Shown here one piece after another: positions 58,364-64,000 of a stretch of 64,000 nt of DNA. Source of the DNA: Diadema antillarum (Eukaryota); NCBI RefSeq assembly GCF_040938485.1, contig NW_027271061.1, positions 1,364,001 to 1,428,000 on the forward strand, in the 5' to 3' direction. The notes under the pieces were generated by a model. That model worked only from the letters and a program-made list of their open reading frames with translations, searched no databases and was not told the DNA's origin. A program made the translations under genes and the position numbers. Position 1 is the first letter of the stretch. Each line of letters starts with the position of its first letter.

Positions 58364-60841
58364 GATTGGTCAACGAGCAGTCCACCTCCCGCCTGTATGA
58401 AAAAAACAACAACAAAAAACGAAATGCTCATTACCATTTTACATCCTGAGTAACGACAATATTAATATTGGAAAAAGGTTAGGATATGCCTTTCCATTAT
58501 TTCCGCTTCGCTGTTTGCAAGTCCTAACTGAATTCTGCGTTTCATTCAGTTGATTACATAAATTAGCCTATTTCACGAAAAAGATACATTCTTTTCCATG
58601 TGACGGTCCCTCTACAATGGAAATGATAATTCTCCGCCAACTCTTTGCAAAGATCCTTAGATTTCCTCGTGCTTTTTGGACAGCTATTACCGGTAGGAAT
58701 GCCATTGAACTAAAGAATGCTTGCACCTTGATATGAAAGAATCGCTATCGCAGTGGTTACGTTTGTTTATCAGAGTAGAACTCAATTCTGCACCAGTCTC
58801 AGAAAGCTTACCGCCTTCAAGGCATAGCTCTTGAATTTTCTCATCAATGGATTCATTTATCTTTAGCTCAGTTCCATTCATTTTTATATATCAATATTTC
58901 TCAAAGAAGTGTTTCACGTTAGTAAAAGAAATAAAGATACAAAATGAATACAACAATGTCTTTGACTTTCACATTACAAAATAAAGGACATACTGAACAC
59001 AAATGTTGATGGTCATTTTTGTGGTGTAAAAGTCTCTCAAAGAAGTAACAGAATTAAAAAAGCTAGCTTGTAGAACTGTAGGTCCTAAAATTCATGGGTG
59101 TGAAAATTACGGAGAGTGGATATGAATGTCAAATTCACTCAAATTATTCCAAACTAGAATAAAATCGTGCCAAAAATTAATTCATAAATAAAATGTCTCT
59201 TAGTATTCTCCTTCAATTTGCTTCAACTTGTTTGTTGCTTTAGCAATCTATCGTTTTTTGTTATCAATTATTACTTGAGGTATTGTCTTTAGTTTTGATT
59301 TAAAGGGTTTAAAGGAAAACACTAACACAAACGCTACCCTCATTAACCCGGGATCTGCTTTCAACAGCACGTGAGCCGTGGTACACAGAACTGACCCGAC
59401 AGAATAAAAAACTTCATCACCATCACTCGTATACTGTTAAACGAGTATTTTACAAGAGAAAATTGAATGAATATAAAAAATGGGTGACATTTATCCGAAG
59501 TTTATCGATAAAACGTGCTCATCCACTTTGCTGTTGCACCTAATCGGAATGAATGAATAAAATAACACACTCAAAAAAGGACGTGTCGTCTGTAAAGTTA
59601 AAATACGTATAAGATCAATTCTTCATTCTTTGTTCATGTCAACATATCAACTAACAACAGACTTAAATTTTGATTATGATTATGATAATAATTAAGAGAA
59701 TTTCATCGCCTATGTACTAAATTTCTAAAGATAATGTGATACATTACTAACTACAACTGCGTAATTTACATTACACTAAATACTAAACATGTATGTAGTC
59801 AGGTTTGTTGTTTTACGATAATTCATTATGTGAGTTTAAGGTCAATTTAGATATTTTCCTATATTCTTTGATTTATTTCTGCTTAATTCCGTTACATCAG
59901 ATATGATTGTGTACAACTCATTCATGACAAACAGTATATCGACACATAGATATTACTACAAAACAAAACAAGTACAAACAGCATAGGGAACTTAAACAGC
60001 CGAGGCTTATTCTATTCAGATTTAGAAAAAAATCAAGACCTTGAATTTGATTCTGAATTTTTAATGCTCATGACACATCAAGCTCTTGTAGGGAAATGAA
60101 TTTATGCTTTTAAAAAAAGTTTTATCCTCTCTCCAAAGGAGCCTTCCACAACAGTTTTCTTGATTACACGTCAATGATAAGGTATATTTTGATTTAGGGC
60201 CTACATTCTATCGACAAGTTGAGGAGCACGAAAAAAAAAATCCGTTTATGGTGAAGATGAGATTGGAAGTGCAAAAGCAGGTACATCTATTTTATTCTTT
60301 TATCGCTTTACTTGATTTATATCGAAACGTAAAGAACAAAATGGATTTAATAGCATCGTTCAGTTTGTTGTTATGTGGAGGTTCGGTATCATTTTTCTTG
60401 ACTTGACAAAAAAAAAAGGAAAAAGAAAAGTTTACAAACATCTTCTGTATGAAAATCAATTTTCAGTATCCTGGTGCTTTTCAGTTTCTTTGGGTTTCGG
60501 ATCTATCGTTGAAAAGGTTAAAAATGAGAAGAATGTCGTCATAGTTTGATTTTTATCACTGGCACTTAAGAACAACTTAAAAGCATGATAGTCTGTTAGC
60601 CAATCAAAAACAGAAAAAAAAAGGTAATGGAGACAACAACTTGGATATTGCTTGACTATAAAGCAGTTACCACAACTTACAGAATATTGAGGCACAGCAA
60701 AAGATTTTAAGAAAATCAATAACTGATCCCTCCAACACATGACAATCAATATCTCACTCTGAGAAATTCAAATGGAAAAAATAGTGGAATTTTTAACATT
60801 GGACCAAGACGAAGTCGAGATATATGCTTCATTGCATTTAC

Positions 60842-61098
60842 CTGCTGAAATGATTCCGCCAAGGAGCAGCAAATAGTCCGACGTTATCACGCTGATTTTT
60901 TTTTTCTTTCCCGAACTAATTGGAAGCCCCTCTGACGTTCTTCCTGGCGTGCCAACGGCATCAAAAGAAATGACAGAATCCTGACACAATTCTTCCAATT
61001 ATCTGAGAGTCCAATTGTGCACGGTTTAATGAGACATGTCAAACGAACAGACGGATGGTTCCGATTGGTCAATCACGTCATCATGCATTCTTATGCAA
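60842..61098 (-). promoter_or_regulatory. Candidate promoter and non-coding first exon of the Met-rich gene
   Basis: Minus-strand donor CAG|gtaaat at 60842/60841. Clustered CCAAT (61063-61068), CRE-like tgacgtga and octamer atgcaaat motifs at 61060-61098. Inference only. Confidence 0.3.
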
Positions 61099-64000
61099 AT
61101 ACGCTTTCTGTCTGTCCACACCACCGTACCTCCCTTTTTACTGTCTCCTCTTTGATATTCTCACGCTGCGCATTCTACAGAGCAAATACAGGAGGACAAA
61201 AACCATCTTGCAGAAAGAAAATGAATAAGAAAAGAGAAAAAAGTAAGAAAGAAAAAACATCCCGCGACGGAACGGCCAGGCACTCTAAATAATAAAGGAC
61301 TTGTATTTGTACATGGAGATATGATTTTGGGGGCGATGTTCCATTATTGTTTGCGTAGTAAGCACAGGTACCTCGTTCGGTCCTTGATCTACTTTCGTTG
61401 ACCTCAGCCAATAGAACGAGAAACACGTATTTCCAGGTAGAATTTATAGAGCATAGCACCCATTTTGGTAGGACCCGCATGACATCATATAAGTGCTGGT
61501 AAAATAAGTGCTCCCTGTTTCCCATACCACACGGAGATGTCGAACAGATATTGAACACTTTTGTATGAAAGAAAAATATCTTCTTCTCACAAACTTTTAA
61601 ATTGTATTAAAGCATTGGTTTATGGTGTGGCTTTTTTATGAATAAAACACTGAGTTGCGTGGTCCTACATGCTGCCAGTCTCCTGTTATGGAAGAATACT
61701 ACGAAGATATGAAAAAAAAAATGATGAGGAAAACATACATTTTAACGCTTTAAATAGTGAGAAACCTGTGAGTAACAAATTTTCTGTATTCCATTTCCCC
61801 TACACAATTGCCATATAGCTAGGCGTGTTATATTACTAAACATTTCTTATTAGCTCAGAAGGCAAAATTCGACAAAATCTAAATTTGGGGCATGACAACT
61901 TCTGAATTGTGTACCTTTAGCTTGAGATATAAATCTCATGTCTGGACAGCTATAACGCATGTCACTGGTGATTGTCTCATCCCACGTGACCTCCACTTTT
62001 TTATTTATTCCTCATCATCAAAGATGTTATTATTATCAAAAGGAAATTTCCTATGTCATAATCATATAGCCTGCAACAACTCGCAGATCAACTAGCTCTT
62101 GGATTGAGTCAATTAGGAAACAAAATGTCTGCCTAGGCATGATGGTAATATTTACAATGGAGAAAAAAAAAAGAAATCTTGACCGATTAAATTTAAATGC
62201 CAGATTTCTAGAGTGCTTAGTAAACAAAATCCACATGATTCACAGCTCCATGCGATTTAAGTCTAGTCGGGGTCCTGTCGTGACTGTACCAGCGTTAGAT
62301 TGGTCATTATTCGCGTGGAAATACAAATGTATACATTGCTCTTACCCATATAGGCAATCTAATTTACACCCTTTGAACGAGTAAATGAGTTTTTTCCCCT
62401 TCCAAAGCTTGGTCTGTTCTTCCTTGAGTTAGAATAGCATATGTCTGTGTTTCTATTAATGATTCATTACGATGTCTTGTTTTTGTTGATGTTTTGTTCC
62501 TAGGTTTTGTTGTTGTTTGTAAACTGGATACGAAAATAAATTGCCGGTCCTGGCTTTGTTCAAGATGTCAACATGATTTTTCTTCTAGTTCGTTTGTGCC
62601 TTCATGTAGTATATTCCTGTATGACATATCATTTCATCAATTGAGCAAGATTTGTAGGTTCGAATCCTGCTCATGATTTCTTTTATCATGGCTACTAATC
62701 AAACACTGATCAATTCAGTGATTATTTACGTCGATATTGAGCATATTAGTATGGTATATCCTAAAATCTCGACGACGAACAAAGCAGACGGCGAATTATG
62801 ATTAATTGCTAAGCTTAATGGCCGTGAACACGGAAAAGTTAATAGCACTCACTCACATATTGTGCAAGTTTATTGTAACACTTTCTTCTTTTTCTTTGTC
62901 TTATCTTCTCTCTCTCCTATCTCTCTCTCTGTCTTTGTTAATCTCCTACTTTTCTTTATCTCTTTATATCTACATCTCTCTTATCTCTTTCGAACTCCGT
63001 GTTGGAGTCAAAGATTTGTCACACAAATTCCACGAACAAACAAGTGTTTTCTTGGAGAGCATTTGTTTAATCATTGTATACAGATGTATTATAATAAGAA
63101 GCAAAATGAATACAGCAAAGTCTTGCTTCAAGCCCATACGTCCTTGAAAAACATCAGAACTGACTGAAGGTTTACATGAAATAAGAAATGCAAGCTATTA
63201 AGTTGGAGTGTCTCTTTGAAACCTTCAGATATTATGGCGTCAAAACTTTATACAAATGTGATGATAGGCTGATATTACACGTTTTAAATCTAGGGAAAGA
63301 TATTTATGCCTGAAGAAAAAAAAAGAAAAACATATGGATTTACACATATTGTAATACAATAAGCAAAAGATTACATGTAAGTGAGAATACGTCAGTTGTG
63401 TAAAGTTCTTATCTCACGCAAAATGAAAGAGTGGAGGTCTACTCTTAAACTCGTTCATTTTAACATCTTGTAAAGAAGGGAATTGAAATCTGCATAAACA
63501 AGGAAGCCATCTAAACTTCAGTCATTATGCATTCAGCCAAAATATTCTTGCTTAGTGAAGCAATAGATGTACAAACTCTTATGGTTTCGTTTCAGAAGAC
63601 GCTATCCCATACTTTTATTTGTCATAAAGTGTCATACAACCACACAGTCCATGATGATTTGATGTATTGTTTCACATGTTCTTTTCTACTTTATTCTATT
63701 CTAATTCAGAGGGTATATAGAATGTGGAAATTATCGATAACTTTTTACATGAATTTGAGAGAGTTGTTCAAGCAGGTATTCTTCGCTTTGTCTATATTTC
63801 TCCAACTTAAATCAATTTCATTTGATGTTTTCAAACAGATTGCCTATAAAGCCATTAAATGTCACGTGCTATGATTTACTGTATAATGCAGACGGGAAAG
63901 TAAGACATTTTTCATAAAATGAACTACATCATTGTCAATTCTTGATGAATACTGAGAAACATGAAAAAAAAAAGAAGATGAATGTTCAGCCACATTTGAT

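Noticed and set aside
58687-63874. Assorted 60-127 aa ORFs in the right-hand 5 kb
   Set aside because: AT-rich, low-complexity, no domain motifs or convincing splice pairs; treated as upstream intergenic or intron sequence

Overview
This is eukaryotic genomic DNA from an AT-rich, intron-rich invertebrate deuterostome, most likely an echinoderm such as a sea urchin (inferred from DeuSINE-type repeats and gene content). It has four short N gaps. I reconstructed three protein-coding loci by hand from splice sites and reading-frame phase. (1) A large minus-strand gene with 37 visible exons (32660 to 79, running off the left edge; signal-peptide exon not found) encodes strictly alternating LDLa and MAM domains (9 of each; MALRD1/apical endosomal glycoprotein-like). 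(2) An intronless class A GPCR lies on the plus strand (41739-42839; galanin/allatostatin-A receptor-like). (3) The most unusual locus is a 13-coding-exon minus-strand gene (58363 to 45608, about 1622 aa) for a type I membrane protein. Its order is: signal peptide; a catalytically dead trypsin-like domain (His57>Ser, Ser195>Lys) interrupted by Met-rich acidic inserts and a whole WAP domain; LDLa; PAN/apple with a Met insert; a 670-aa, about 20% Met region from one 2010-nt exon; CUB; TM; and a short tail ending in TKL. The introns hold a 5'-truncated RTE retrotransposon with an intact RT frame, tRNA-derived SINEs (two with the Deu domain but different 3' tails), several MITEs including nested insertions, and microsatellites.
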